The position numbers and the translations under genes were made by a program. A stretch of DNA of 64,000 bases from Ostrea edulis (lineage: Eukaryota). Location: positions 17,980,001-18,044,000 of the forward strand of contig NC_079168.1 of assembly GCF_947568905.1 (NCBI RefSeq), written 5' to 3'. This document shows positions 13,956 through 26,154 of this stretch, in pieces. Position 1 is the first letter of the stretch. Every line of letters begins with the position of its first letter. The notes under the pieces are model-generated. The model did no database searches. It worked only from the letters and a program-made list of their open reading frames with translations, and had not been told where the DNA came from.

Positions 13956-16900
13956 TTAGTGACTGCTGTGACGGAGTTTGATGTTCTTCTTTGCAGTCGA
14001 GGACTTCTGCTTGTCCTGGGCCTTCCTGGAGACAGTTTTTGACTGGCCTGCATATTTCTGAGCATCATTCCTAACGAATGACAATTTAAAACAATGATTT
14101 ACCTAATTATGTTTTACCTCATTACTGTCATTCATTTGATCAATTCTTGAAATCTAATCATGATCTGTGTGTAGATAATCTACAACTTGAATTCAGACAC
14201 AGATGTAATCAAAGATAGGACGAGCACACCCATATCACTTTTAATATTTTCTAACTACTCACTTGCTCATCTTGCTTTTGTCCCTGCATCCTTTCCCCCC
14301 CTCCCAATGAGTGGTACGAACTTGTGTCATTGACTGCTTGCAGCCGACACAGGCCTTATCCAGAGCAAAGGGTTGTTCCCTACAGCAGTGTCCACAGATC
14401 ATTCTTGTAGCCAGGACCATCTCATGGCCTCCTTCCTTCTCTTCGTGGCAAACGTCGCAGGGGTAACACTTACCACAACAAGGAAACCTGCAAGTTAAAT
14501 AGGAATACCCACATAATGAGCAACATGGATCTAATGGTGCATGTGCATGCTAGTTTTCAGTAGTGAACTTTATTAAAGACAACAAATTATCTTACCTGAA
14601 CCAGCGATAACTTTTCTTGTAGTGTTTACAAGTTCCATCTTTAGGTAAAGGATAGCCCAGCTGGATCTCTGGTTCTTTCAGATTTTTCTTTGGCTTCAAA
14701 ACTGGAACTTTGTGCAGACCCCTTTCCTCTGAAACTGTAATGAAATATTTCAACATGGTAGAAAAATGGAATTCTGCAAATATGTAAACAGAACAAAATC
14801 AACAAGTTGAAGACTAATCTGCAATTCATACCCAAGTCTTGCTCTGAAGGAAGAAGTTGAGCAAAACGGACAGATTCTGCAGATACTTTCATTTTACTGT
14901 GACAGTTGGAACACCATGTTTCAGTAACTTGTCCAAAGGCCATACTCTGTTTTGAATTAGAAATATAAAGTAAGTAGGAATCCACATAAAAAGGGCAGCA
15001 AACATAAACAGATATTTGTCATGTAGTAATTCACTGCAATATATTGAAATGTATTTGGCAAATGATCATACCTTGGCTTTCATTTCTTTGTTGCAGCTAA
15101 AGCACCCCAGCTTAAACATGCAGTCCTGAAGGATGAGATCAAATGGAATACATCCATCCAAATCCAGATAGCCTACTACCGAGGAGAACTGATGCATGAT
15201 TGCTGAGCGGAAAGTCATGACCTGAGGGTAGCTGCATTTCCCACAAGTCACAAGGTTTGGCCTCCCAGAGGGTGTGCTTACATCCATCTTGTTTTTACAG
15301 CGGGCACACTGAATGATGACTTTAAGTGTACCACAAGTAAGTGTTGAAGCATTGTCCTTCAGCGTGAGGTTCCTCAGCTTTATTTCAGTTCCCCGTCTTT
15401 CATCTCTCTCTGGTTTTTTATCGCTGATGGCAGAATCAATTAAATCATCGTCCTCCGATTCAGATTCGTCACTCTGTTGCTGTGGACCTGAAATTTTACA
15501 CATGAATGATGATTGAAATGGTAAATACCACAAATAAGATGACTGCATAGGATTATGAAAAATAGCTGGCCTTTTATGCACAAAACATCTATGTTTACAA
15601 CACTTCTGAGAAATACATTATAAATTGTTTTTTAAAAAAAAGGTTTCTTTTCCCATCAAGACTGAAAATAAACTCCCTAAATAATATATCTCTGACATTC
15701 AGAATAGTGAAATACCTGTGTAAATGAAGTCGTCTTCTGTTTTTCTGTAGACTATTCCTCCAAACATTTTATTTTCATCCTCGCCTTCCTCCTCCTCACC
15801 TTCTTCTTGATCTTCATCACTACCAGCTGCTTTGACTTTTTCCTGTAGTTTGGATGCAGGGATAAACTGTAACCCTGCTGCCTTGGCATCTAGCTCTTTC
15901 TTCAACTGAAATAGAATACTTGCTGCATTCTATGGACCACTTTTACATCATATTGATCATAGATATTGTGCTTTCATTTTTCAAAATAGTAAAGTCATAT
16001 TGAATTAAAAGACATTAATACATTGTATTCATTACAATTATTCACCTGTTTCAGCGCACCAGTAACAATAGATTCCAGGTTCTTATCCAACCATTTCATG
16101 AAAGGTCTAAACTCCAGTCTGACAGTTCCCACCGATATTAACTCTGCCTGTTTTGTATTTATCCAGTCCTCCAGAGAAATATCTATGTACCTTAAAGATA
16201 GAATACAATAGTCCTAAGTGCCTGACATTAACTTGATTTCTGGATATAAATATTGAATATCAATCTCAATTAAAATTGGATGTTAGATCACTTCCATACT
16301 TGTTGCATTAAACTTGTGTGGAAAACTGTGAGCAGATCAAAGGATCTAATTTTTGATAGAGTGAAATCAAACAGAAAATTATATGCACCTTTGTACTGTT
16401 TCAGGTAAATTCTGTTCACCCGAAAGTCTTACAACAAACATCTGAAAAACAATAATATTACAATAGTTGCTTAATAGTGATGAAAAATTAGAGCATGTTT
16501 AATCTAGAGGTATGTTTTAGTAAAGATTTACTGAATATGAGGTCTCATTAATGATCTTTTTAAAAGATTTAAAGAGAGATGTTTTACCTTCAGAGGGTAT
16601 TCCTTTGGTATAGTGACTTTTAAATTGAATACTTCCACATCATATGGCTATAATAAAAATAAGTTAAATATTTCATTTGTTTGTACAACAACTTGAAATA
16701 CATTATATAATGCTATCATGCAAAATGATAAAAACTCTTCAATCTTACAATATAAAGAGATCTAATTTTCACAAATAGCAGTATTTCACGTATATTCTTA
16801 CCCAATCTGGGTCACTGGATGAAAAATCAAACTGCACACAAAAGCTGTCTTCACTGTCAGTAATGACTTCCAAGTTGGAAGCTGCCAGTCTCTTTTTCAG

Positions 16901-17644
16901 TTGTTCGATTTCAGTTGATCGGAGATTCTCAACCTCTTTCTTCAGTAAACCTTCTCTCTGAAACTCCTTCACAGGCTGAACTGGTCTGGGTACAATTTTT
17001 TTCTGACCCACTTTTGGTGTAAACTTTCTGTTTTGATCCTTCTTATCATTGCTTTGGCCAGCTGATGTCACATTTTCAATATCGGCATCTCTTTTCTCTG
17101 CTTGTTCCTTGTCCTCTCGTAGGACGACATCCAAATTAGCTACTTGATCAAGGCCATCTGGATGGTGAAATCTGCAGTTGTTCCCCTTCTGACAAAAGCC
17201 TGCCTGATAGTAGTGGCAGACACGTCTTTTTTCATGAGTCTGTTGGCGGTGACCAAGATTTTTGGAATCATTATTAGATTTTCTGTCAGTCTTTGATTTC
17301 TTGGTCGAGTTAGGTTTCTTTAGATGCAATTCCTTTGGCAATGAATGAAGATAGCGACAATTATTCCCAAATCTGCAACTTCCGTACTTCTCAAAAGTGA
17401 AACAAGGCTTCGTTTCCTTACTTACTGCTTCATGATTCTGGTTATTAAAAGACAGCTGAGATACAGAACCAGAAAGAGAATCGGTATTCACCTGTTGATT
17501 TACTGACGTTCCATTTTCTTGATTTTCTTCCACTGCTGGACTTGAAATACTTGTTGGAGAATGCAAAAATCTACAGTTCTCTTTAAACTTACAACCACTT
17601 TTAGTATTGAAATATTGACAAAGTGATTTTGATCTATTTAGCAT
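13956..17644 (-). CDS. Uncharacterised zinc-finger protein (~766 aa): 3 CCCH fingers, RWD-like region, acidic linker, CxxC-rich region and CHY zinc finger (resembles the S. pombe SPBC18H10.09 family)
   Basis: Ten frame-compatible GT-AG exons: 17644-16802, 16647-16588, 16441-16389, 16190-16046, 15905-15716, 15487-15072, 14946-14832, 14734-14596, 14487-14263, 14070-13956 (TAA). CCCH motifs CQYFNTKSGCKFKENCRFLH, CFTFEKYGSCRFGNNCRYLH, CHYYQAGFCQKGNNCRFHH; CHY motif CKHYKKSYRWFRFPCCGKCYPCDVCH; HWEGGKGCRD. Start codon uncertain, as the frame is open to 17776. Confidence 0.88.
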
Positions 17645-17859
17645 ACTACGAACAACGACTTCAGGTGTGGGGTTTTTCTCGCAGAACAGGTTTGCTGTAG
17701 AGTTCTTACCACAAAGTAAGTTTCCCTCACTAATCAGCTTTGTTGAAATATCACCGCAAAATGAACTTCGCAACACTGGCAGACTGCTACAAGTGGTGTG
17801 TTCTAAAACAAAACTAACTTGTTTGAAAGATTGAGCTTAGCCTTGCTGAATGGTCTGGC

Positions 17860-18120
17860 GCGTACGCCTAAAGTCTTCGGGCCAATATGTATGTCGTCCT
17901 ATTTATACTGTTATCAAGCACCTTTGTGCGTGTTGTGCCTAATTTTAGGTATGTGACGTCGATGTATTCAGCTTACAGGAAGTTGTGCAAGTTTTTGGGC
18001 AAGAGGTAAACATAGTACGTCCATAAGCCGAAACATACGGGAAAAGTTCGGATTGCTATATTTTTCTCTTAATACGAACGACAGCCGAAACCCAAATATG
18101 GTGGCGGAAAGTTCGTGTTT
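17860..18120. promoter_or_regulatory. Probable promoter of the CCCH/CHY gene
   Basis: CpG-richer patch immediately upstream of the gene with CCAAT, TGACGTC (CRE-like) and CAGGAAGT (ETS-like) motifs. Confidence 0.45.
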
Positions 18121-18906
18121 TGTGGTAAATATACATGTAAAGTCTTGTCTTAAAACTGAAAATGGAACTTAGAATGTGGGAGGTTTCTAGATCATTTGAG
18201 GTTTTGAATTATTGGCTGTATATGTAGTTATCATTGGCTATCATATTGATACAACAATTTAAGGAATCGGTATTCTGTTCGGAAAAAATGTATCAACCAA
18301 GTTAATGAATTAAAACATTTGAATTAGTTCCAGGTCTCAACTATTTGTATCATAAATCATAAAACTGAAATACAAGTATAGGGATATGCAAATTGACGAT
18401 CCATTCGATAAAACAGAAACTGTAAAATCATGCATATTTAGAACTTTATGATCAAGGTAATTTCATCCTTCTAAAATTATAGGTTCAATCTTATATTTGA
18501 TTATTGATTCTTCAAATAATACATCTTAGTAACAAATAAAAATGATAAAATAAGTATGTTGCATTATTAATAAAATCTTTATCAATTAGCACACATATAT
18601 ATACCTCAGTGTTATCAACGTCAGAAAATTACAATTTTCCTTAAACAGTTTCCCAAAAACTGGTTAAAACGATATGATAGTATCCATAACAATTTCATGA
18701 AACTGTTTCTTTAAAAAATATACAAAATGTTTGTGAAAAATAAAGGAAATCTATAGCATAATGGACTTGATAAAGGATTCTATGAAAACAGAGTTATTGC
18801 CCCTGGATTCAATATTTTCAAACATATAATTGATTATTCATATAGCCTATATATAAGTTAGATTTTTGAAATATTTCATGGTTAACAGGATTTTTTACAA
18901 TAACTA

Positions 18907-19150
18907 CGTGTTTCATACCGATTGTTAAGCCGTTCTTGGTACACTGATTTTGACTGCGGATAACTCCGTTTACCTGATCAGGATATGGGGCTCACGGCGG
19001 GTGTGACCGGTCAACAGGGGATGCTTACTCCTCCTAGGCACCTGATCCCACCTCTGGTGTGTCCAGGGGTCCGTGTTTGTCCAACTATCTATTTTGTATT
19101 GCTTGTAGGAGTTATGAGATTGATCACTGTTCGTTATCTTCACCTTGCAT
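18907..19150 (+). mobile_element. 3'-end fragment of a dispersed retroelement, probably Penelope-like
   Basis: Near-identical copies in opposite orientation at 33475-33718 and 34383-35074. Penelope-like assignment is from recall of the VFHTDC* / GLTAGVTG... tail and is not verified. Confidence 0.6.
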
Positions 19151-19630
19151 TGAAAAAGACTCCAACAAAATTTATGTTCCTTTCATGCATAAATCTTATT
19201 AAATCATTGACTTTGCGAAATCTTATGACGTCACAGGAGGGTGGAACAACGTTAAACAATCCTTCGCTGTTGTGCTCAAAAGCCGAAGATCTAACTCCCT
19301 TAACGTTTAAATTTTGTCATTTCAACCAGTTTTTATGTACGTTTTATGATGCTGTTGAACATTATTAATATTATCATTGTGCAATTTTCTATTCATCATC
19401 TGTTAACGTTTTTGATAAGTTTGTAACATATACATTTTCTTTGGTTTTTGATTAAATTAAACCATTATTACATTATCTTACAGTGAAATACTGGAATTTA
19501 TCCATTGAATAAAAGTTGTTATTTTTAAATTTGTTTCTTCACACAGTACATTCTATATCCAACAACAAAACATTGAATATATCCTCTTTATATTAAAGTG
19601 GAAATTAATACAGCTTTTCTAATCTGAACC

Positions 19631-19706
19631 CATCTTCACTAGCCAAGGGTTTTCGGTCCACTCCGCTCCCCATGGAGTGGACCGAAAACCCTTGGCTAGC
19701 GAAGAT
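19631..19706. mobile_element. 76-bp fold-back mini-MITE with a 9-bp TSD
   Basis: CATCTTCACTAGCCAAGGGTTTTCGGTCCACTCC ... GGAGTGGACCGAAAACCCTTGGCTAGCGAAGATG, flanked by ATCTGAACC at 19622-19630 and 19707-19715. Confidence 0.85.
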
Positions 19707-20425
19707 GATCTGAACCCAAAATAAGTCAAACTCAAATAACGGGAGGGGGGGGGGGGCTACTTTAAGATGATATTGTAATATACAAACTTTCTTCTAACTG
19801 GTCATATATAGCAAAACTTCCATAAGTTGCCATTACTCTTTTAAAAGATAACTTGTTATTATATTCATTGTCATTGCTTTCAGTGTATAGTTCTGCACGG
19901 GTGGAAAAGGCGATCTCACAATTGTCTAAAAGTCTTGACAAGCAAAATTGAATAAATAAATAAATAAGCAATGATAAAAAGCAAACTAATAAATATGTGT
20001 TAGTTTGCCCCAAGTTCAAATCCTAAATCGTGGGGACTGTGAAGGGTAAAATTTAATTTGGAGCTCGGTATAAATGATTTGATGATCCCTTTAATTGAAA
20101 TGAAGATATCTTTAATTATTTACAACGATTTTGTTTAAGGAATTAATGCTCACATGGATTCTTTTAAAAAGAGCAACAATTCAATTAAAGAGATTATTGA
20201 TTGTGGATATGATGAACTGAAGATATCTCTCTAAAAGTGAGCTAAAAACGAATGGGTTGATTTTGTTGTTACAATGTATAAAAATAATTATTCTTCTAAT
20301 CATTACCTATCATTGTTGCATTTTCATTGTTGAAACAATAAACATTCAGTTGTGTCTTATGTGAGCACCTCAAAACTAAGGGACATACAGGAACCATTCC
20401 ACGTCCAAATTATCTAAATCTATTA

Positions 20426-20437
20426 CACCGGAAGTTT
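20426..20437 (+). promoter_or_regulatory. ETS/GABPA-type site ~25 nt upstream of the EF-Tu ATG
   Basis: ACCGGAAGT core, common in promoters of nuclear-encoded mitochondrial genes. Confidence 0.45.
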
Positions 20438-20458
20438 AAGGTCATCGGCGGTTGAAGC

Positions 20459-21850
20459 ATGGCACGTTGTTTACATAAATTGCTAACTCTTCATGGTAGA
20501 TTGAAGTCACGTTTTGTGTCAGAGATGGGAATGTTGACAACACACACTAGATACAGTAATGATTTTGTAAGAGCATTCTCTCTCTCGTTCTCAAAGTTCA
20601 ATGATAAACCGTTTTGCAATGTTGGAACTATAGGACATGTTGACCACGGGAAAACAACTCTTACGGCCGCAATTACCAAAGTTTTATCAGAAGAATTAGG
20701 AACAACGAAAACTGTGAAATTTGATGAAATCGACAAAGCACCAGAGGAAAAGAAAAGAGGAATTACCATAAACGCTGCTCACATTAGTTTCGAGTCAACC
20801 AAACGGCAATATGCTCACACTGATTGTCCAGGCCATATAGACTTTATAAAGAACATGATTACAGGAGCAGCACAGATGGATGGAGCTATTCTTGTTGTGG
20901 CTGCAACAGATGGCACTATGCCCCAAACTCGTGAACATGTGCTACTTGCCAAACAAATTGGTGTCAAACATATAGTGGTTTATATTAATAAAGTTGATGC
21001 TGCAGATGAAGAAATGGCAGAGCTTTGTGAAATTGAAGTCCAAATGTTACTGGATGAATACGGATATAAAGGTTCTGAAGTTCCTGTTATTCGAGGATCT
21101 GCATTAAGTGCATTGAATGGTGAAAATGAAGAGATTGGGAAAAAATCTATTTTGAAGTTAGTCAACATTCTTGATGAATATATTCCAATACCAGATCGAG
21201 ATTTGTCAGCCCCATTTGTTTTACCCATAGAATCAGCAGTAAAAATTCCAAGTCGAGGCACAGTTGTCGTCGGAACATTAAAAGATGGTGTAATAAGTAA
21301 AGGTGATGCTGCAGAAATCATAGGGCAGGGTGTTTCCATCCACAGTTCAGTAACCGATATTGAAGTGTTTCATGAATCTGTACCAAAGCTTTTTGCAGGG
21401 CAAAATGCTGGAGTTCTTTTGAAAGGCATAAAACAGACTAACATTAACCGTGGTATGTTTTTAGTGAAACCAAATACAGCCACTCAGCATTCCCATTTCT
21501 GTGCCAAAGTGTATGTCCTAACAAGAGAGGAAGGAGGTCGTACAAAACCAGTTAGAAATGAGTATCAACAGCAACTATTTTGTTCATTGTGGTCTATGGG
21601 ATGTATCATATATTTGCCAGAGGACCTACCTATGTTAATGCCAGGGGACACTGCGGATGTTAAAATATTATTACGACAGCCAATGATTTTAAAGGTCGGA
21701 CAACAGTTCACTATACGTGAAAATCGAATTTCCTCTGTGACTGGAATTGTGACAGAAATTTTACCTCCTCTTGATGTTGAAATCAAAGGTTTTACTTTTC
21801 TAAAGCCTCAACCTTCAGTTAAGATAGAGGGAAAAAGGAAAAGAAAGTGA
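20459..21850 (+). CDS. TUFM: Mitochondrial elongation factor Tu, single exon, probably an EF-Tu2-like paralog
   Basis: 463-aa uninterrupted ORF with a basic N-terminal targeting-like peptide; intact [24 protein letters not shown] and SAL motifs; domains 2 and 3; C-terminal extension ending EGKRKRK; AATAAA at ~21887. Confidence 0.93.
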   Translation: MARCLHKLLTLHGRLKSRFVSEMGMLTTHTRYSNDFVRAFSLSFSKFNDKPFCNVGTIGHVDHGKTTLTAAITKVLSEELGTTKTVKFDEIDKAPEEKKRGITINAAHISFESTKRQYAHTDCPGHIDFIKNMITGAAQMDGAILVVAATDGTMPQTREHVLLAKQIGVKHIVVYINKVDAADEEMAELCEIEVQMLLDEYGYKGSEVPVIRGSALSALNGENEEIGKKSILKLVNILDEYIPIPDRDLSAPFVLPIESAVKIPSRGTVVVGTLKDGVISKGDAAEIIGQGVSIHSSVTDIEVFHESVPKLFAGQNAGVLLKGIKQTNINRGMFLVKPNTATQHSHFCAKVYVLTREEGGRTKPVRNEYQQQLFCSLWSMGCIIYLPEDLPMLMPGDTADVKILLRQPMILKVGQQFTIRENRISSVTGIVTEILPPLDVEIKGFTFLKPQPSVKIEGKRKRK

Positions 21851-24283
21851 TATTTTAAAAAATGATTACAATGTACATGTGTGTGAATAAAACATGTAAA
21901 TTTTATGTAAAGATTTTGAAAACTGCCACTCAGAAGGTTTTGTTCTCTAGATTGGATCAGTTATAAGGGACAATATATTTCATTGTATAGACTGTTAGAT
22001 TTAGTAAAAAATCTGGCATGCAAGAATTGGATTTAAAAAATCTGGCATGCAAGAATTGGATTTAAAAATCTTTGGTGTTATTCTCATTCTGTGAGCAATA
22101 CTACCCCAGGGTAGAGGTTCAGACTCCAGGGTGGGGGCCAAACTTGGTATATATATTTATGTGTAAAACATTTTCTTTAATGATTTTGATACTAAATTGA
22201 AACTATATAGAACGAATAGGTAGTCCTTTACCAAAATTGTATATTTCATGATCCTAGGGGTAAGGGTTTTGGATCCAAAATTATGATCGTGATTATTGTC
22301 TTTATCATTTGAAAGACTTCTTTAAGTTTGATGATACAGTATAATTTAGGAAAAGCAGAAAAGGATGTACCAATATTGTGAATTTCACAACCCCAGGGTT
22401 TTGACTCTAGGATGGGTCCAAATTAGTGGTCACATATATATCATATTATGTAAACATCTTGTTTTATACTGTTGCTGAATATTAGAATTTAGCTTAGATA
22501 TTCAGAACAGGAAATTATTTTCTAGATTTCATGTCCCTTGGGACAAGTGATAATTTTAACTAATACTCGGGTGACTGATAAGGCCCATGGGCCTCTTGTT
22601 GGATTCAGTAGAATAAGACATCAGTTCAAATTTGTTTGATCTATCCCACTGCAAAGAACAGGCACCTATGGATAACGTGTCATATATCTAAATATTTTGA
22701 TGGGAAAAAAAGAAAGGGGTCGAACTTAATTCTCCAGAAAATGGGACTGTATGATCCTCTCATTTCTGTAATTTAATAGAGAAATGATAAACTCCATGTA
22801 TATATGATGCACACAAATATTGATTTTGAATTCTTTATTTGGTGTTGTATTTACATTCTATGTTACATATACATCTTCATAATATGGAATTAACATTTCT
22901 ATCCAGTAATTTTTACAAGTTGATCTCGATTTCTTCACTGGTACTTGCTTGGGAGTCGCCTTCAATCCACTCCACATTTACCCCACTGCTGTTTGCCCCA
23001 TCAGCATGATTAGGTTGCTATGGGCAAAATTATGAAAACATGAACAAGTATTATAATAATGTTACTTTGCTATACATATTATGAATAACAAAAATACAAA
23101 ACTAGTACAAAATGTAATTAAAATATGATTTAATACATGTAACCGGTAAATTTTATGATTTCAGAATCATTTCAGCTCCATAAAGTTTAATAAAATTCCG
23201 AAATAGGTGTAGGACAGCTTATTGTCACTGGCTCAGTTGATTGCCACTGCGTACAAATGAGCAGGTTTAACTGAATGAACAAGAACATTTAGCAACATTC
23301 AAGGGAATATGTGAATCTGTGCTTCATTGCATGTCAAGTGTCCGATATGCATACTCTCATCTACATGTACCATGAACAGATAGCAGTTGGTTGTCATATT
23401 TGGAATTCAAATAATTCATTATCTAGTGTAGGACGCTCACATGAAATTGTATGAAGTGTATACATACTTTTTTGATGGGCGGAGGACTTTTAAATTCCTT
23501 GTACATCAGCCAAATGTATGCCATCTCCAGCAAAACAAGACAGACAATTCCCTGTTTAAAAATAGGGAAAAAATATAATTAGAGAGGGAAAATCCTGTAT
23601 GTGCAGTTAATATTTCATCATGGGAGTAGATGTTAACCACAGATGTTTGACGTTTTGAATAGATTTAATACTTCATTTTTTTTTTAAATAATGTCTTTCT
23701 GTAAATAAACTACTCAATAGTGCTGAATAGTTTCTTTACAAAATAGGAAGACAATTTTTGTAAAACACCAAGCACAAGTGATGTTAACAAATCTAATAAA
23801 ATTGTTTTGGGGCAGAGTACATGTTTTCTGGAGCTCAAAATTCACATAAACTCAAATCTTTAATGAGGAATGCTACACCCAAGAAAGTTGATGTGAATGA
23901 AAAATGGAGGGTATGTACAATAATTTGAAATTGATGACACCTTCAAGTAATGAATGAGATTTCAATTATTTGAGTTTATATTAATTTGGCACTGGTCCAA
24001 TTTTTAAGTCGTGTATTATATTTTGGGAAAATCTCATTTTTGGAAATATATACTTTTCGTACTGGACTGAAACGTTTGATCTACATATATAGTTATATCC
24101 TCCACTGAGCTAGTCAGCAACTTGTGATTTGTGGGGGGTGGGGGGGGGGGGTCAATGTTTGAAGATCCAGGTTGGGGAAAGGGAATAGAAGGGGCTGGCA
24201 GAGGGAGATAAAAGGATAGGGAGGAAGTTGGAGATGTGGATCTCTGCCCACCCATCATATCCGTCCGTTCCCCCTTCTTTAAC

Positions 24284-24709
24284 TAGGGGCGTAGCTTCGT
24301 TAGGCTCGAGTAGGCACGTGCATACACAGTTCTTTTAATTTTCAAAACACATTTTTGTCCATAAATGTTTGCAAAATATAAGATGTTCATATATATTTCC
24401 AGTCTTTAAAATCCGATATAAAAATATCATTCCGTCGGACCTTTTCTTTTTATAATGTATTCTACATATTTTCTAAACTTTGGTGATCACAATGACTCGA
24501 AATTTGTTAAAAGTTGTATAATATTTAATGTCTATTGCAATCATTTTGATGTTCCGAGAAGTGCAAGCAAGTCCTAATATTTCAAAATTTTCTCGGGGGT
24601 AACCCCTCGACCCCCCCCCCCCCCCTTCTCAGCTTCGCTCCTCAGTAAAACCTTTAGTTTCATCTTTCGGGCCTAGCTACACATTAAAATATTCCTAGCT
24701 ACGCCCCTG
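24284..24709. mobile_element. MITE with (C/T)AGGGG termini and a 5-bp TSD
   Basis: TAGGGGCGTAGCT ... AGCTACGCCCCTG, with TTAAC on both flanks. Confidence 0.75.
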
Positions 24710-25382
24710 TTAACTGATGTAATACTCACAAGGAATGTTTTTGCATCGATCTCGCTAGCAATAGCACTGTCACATGCTGACCCGCTGCTGTCACATGCTG
24801 CATAATCCATGAAAGATAAGGCATCCCAGAACGATATGTCTGGTTCATTGCTGAAATATAACAAATTAGAAATGGACTGTACAGAATTTCCACCATAAAA
24901 AAAAAAAAAAGATCTGAAGATTTGAAAGACTCACGCTTTCGTACATACCATTTGATAACCTCATAAAGAGGGTGGAGTAAAATGGGGATTGCCGCCAATT
25001 TAGAAGTGAAATAGCCGAAAATTCTCATCGCTTTAGAAAATTTCATTGCGCTTTCATTGTGATGTCTCACATTGTGACGTCACCGTCTTTGACAAATATA
25101 CAATATAATTATGACGTCACAATAGTACCGATAATTTAACTGTTGAATAAAAGTTTGCATAGACTACATGCAAACTTCCACCAGAGTTCGTTTGCTCACA
25201 AACCATCTATTCGTAGGTGACGTAATGAGGCCTCGACGGGGAGTTTGAGACTACATGTACATGTATATATTATTGTGTCCTGAAAAGCCATCTATTCTAA
25301 ATGTAACTGGGAAATTTATTTTGAACAATATATGCAATTAACAATATCAACACTATAAACTATGAGTTATGTAATCACTTCT

Positions 25383-25815
25383 CAGGGGTGGGTCCAGGAA
25401 TTGCATGCAGTTACGGGGGGAACCACTTTATGAGGCAGGGGGTCTGGGGGCCGCCTTGAGGTGGGGGCCCAGGGGGCGAAGCCCGCGGAAGCTCCTGGAT
25501 TTTACAGATTTTAGAGGGTTTGAAATATGTCTTCTATTTAGTCATTTGTACTATTTTCTATCATTTCTAATAAGGTGAAATTAATAATATGACGCAAATT
25601 TTAAGGGTTTTTGGAAAACAATTAAGTTCTCCCAATGAAGTTATTCAAGAAATCAAACGATTTTGTCATTTATTTCTCCGGGAGTAGAAGAAATCATTGC
25701 TTCTTTTATCGTTTAGTATATTTTTCTAAACAAGATACCACGATTTACCTTAAATTTGAAAATTTTAGGGGGGGGGGCGCCGGCTGCGCCCCCCCCCCCC
25801 TTAAATAGGCCACTG
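25383..25815. mobile_element. MITE with CAGGGG...CCACTG termini and a 5-bp TSD
   Basis: CTTCT on both flanks; G-rich and C-rich subterminal tracts. Confidence 0.65.
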
Positions 25816-26154
25816 CTTCTTTTTCTTTGCAAGTATATATTTTCATGCTGCCCCTTGATTGGAAAAAGATTAATATGTTCTATTTCGCCTAGATCTGTTT
25901 TCCCCGAACTATTTATCAGTGTACAAAATTAGAAAACCATTCATTCTATTAACTTATGCAGCAGAAACACAGGTACTCGATGTTTTTTCCACTAGTTTCC
26001 TGATACAGTTCAGTGACTCTTCAGTAAGTAAATGAATGGAACATGTTGGTGTCTCACCACAGGGTAATGAAATGCGTCTAGTGTGGCGGGGATCAAAATT
26101 GTAGATCTACTGCTGCCGCTGGCTAGCTTACTTGTAGGTGAAATGGTGAGTCGA

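Noticed and set aside
18985-19368. 127-aa ORF MGLTAGVTG... and related ORF 32993..33565
   Set aside because: They read through the dispersed retroelement 3' fragment into unrelated flanks.
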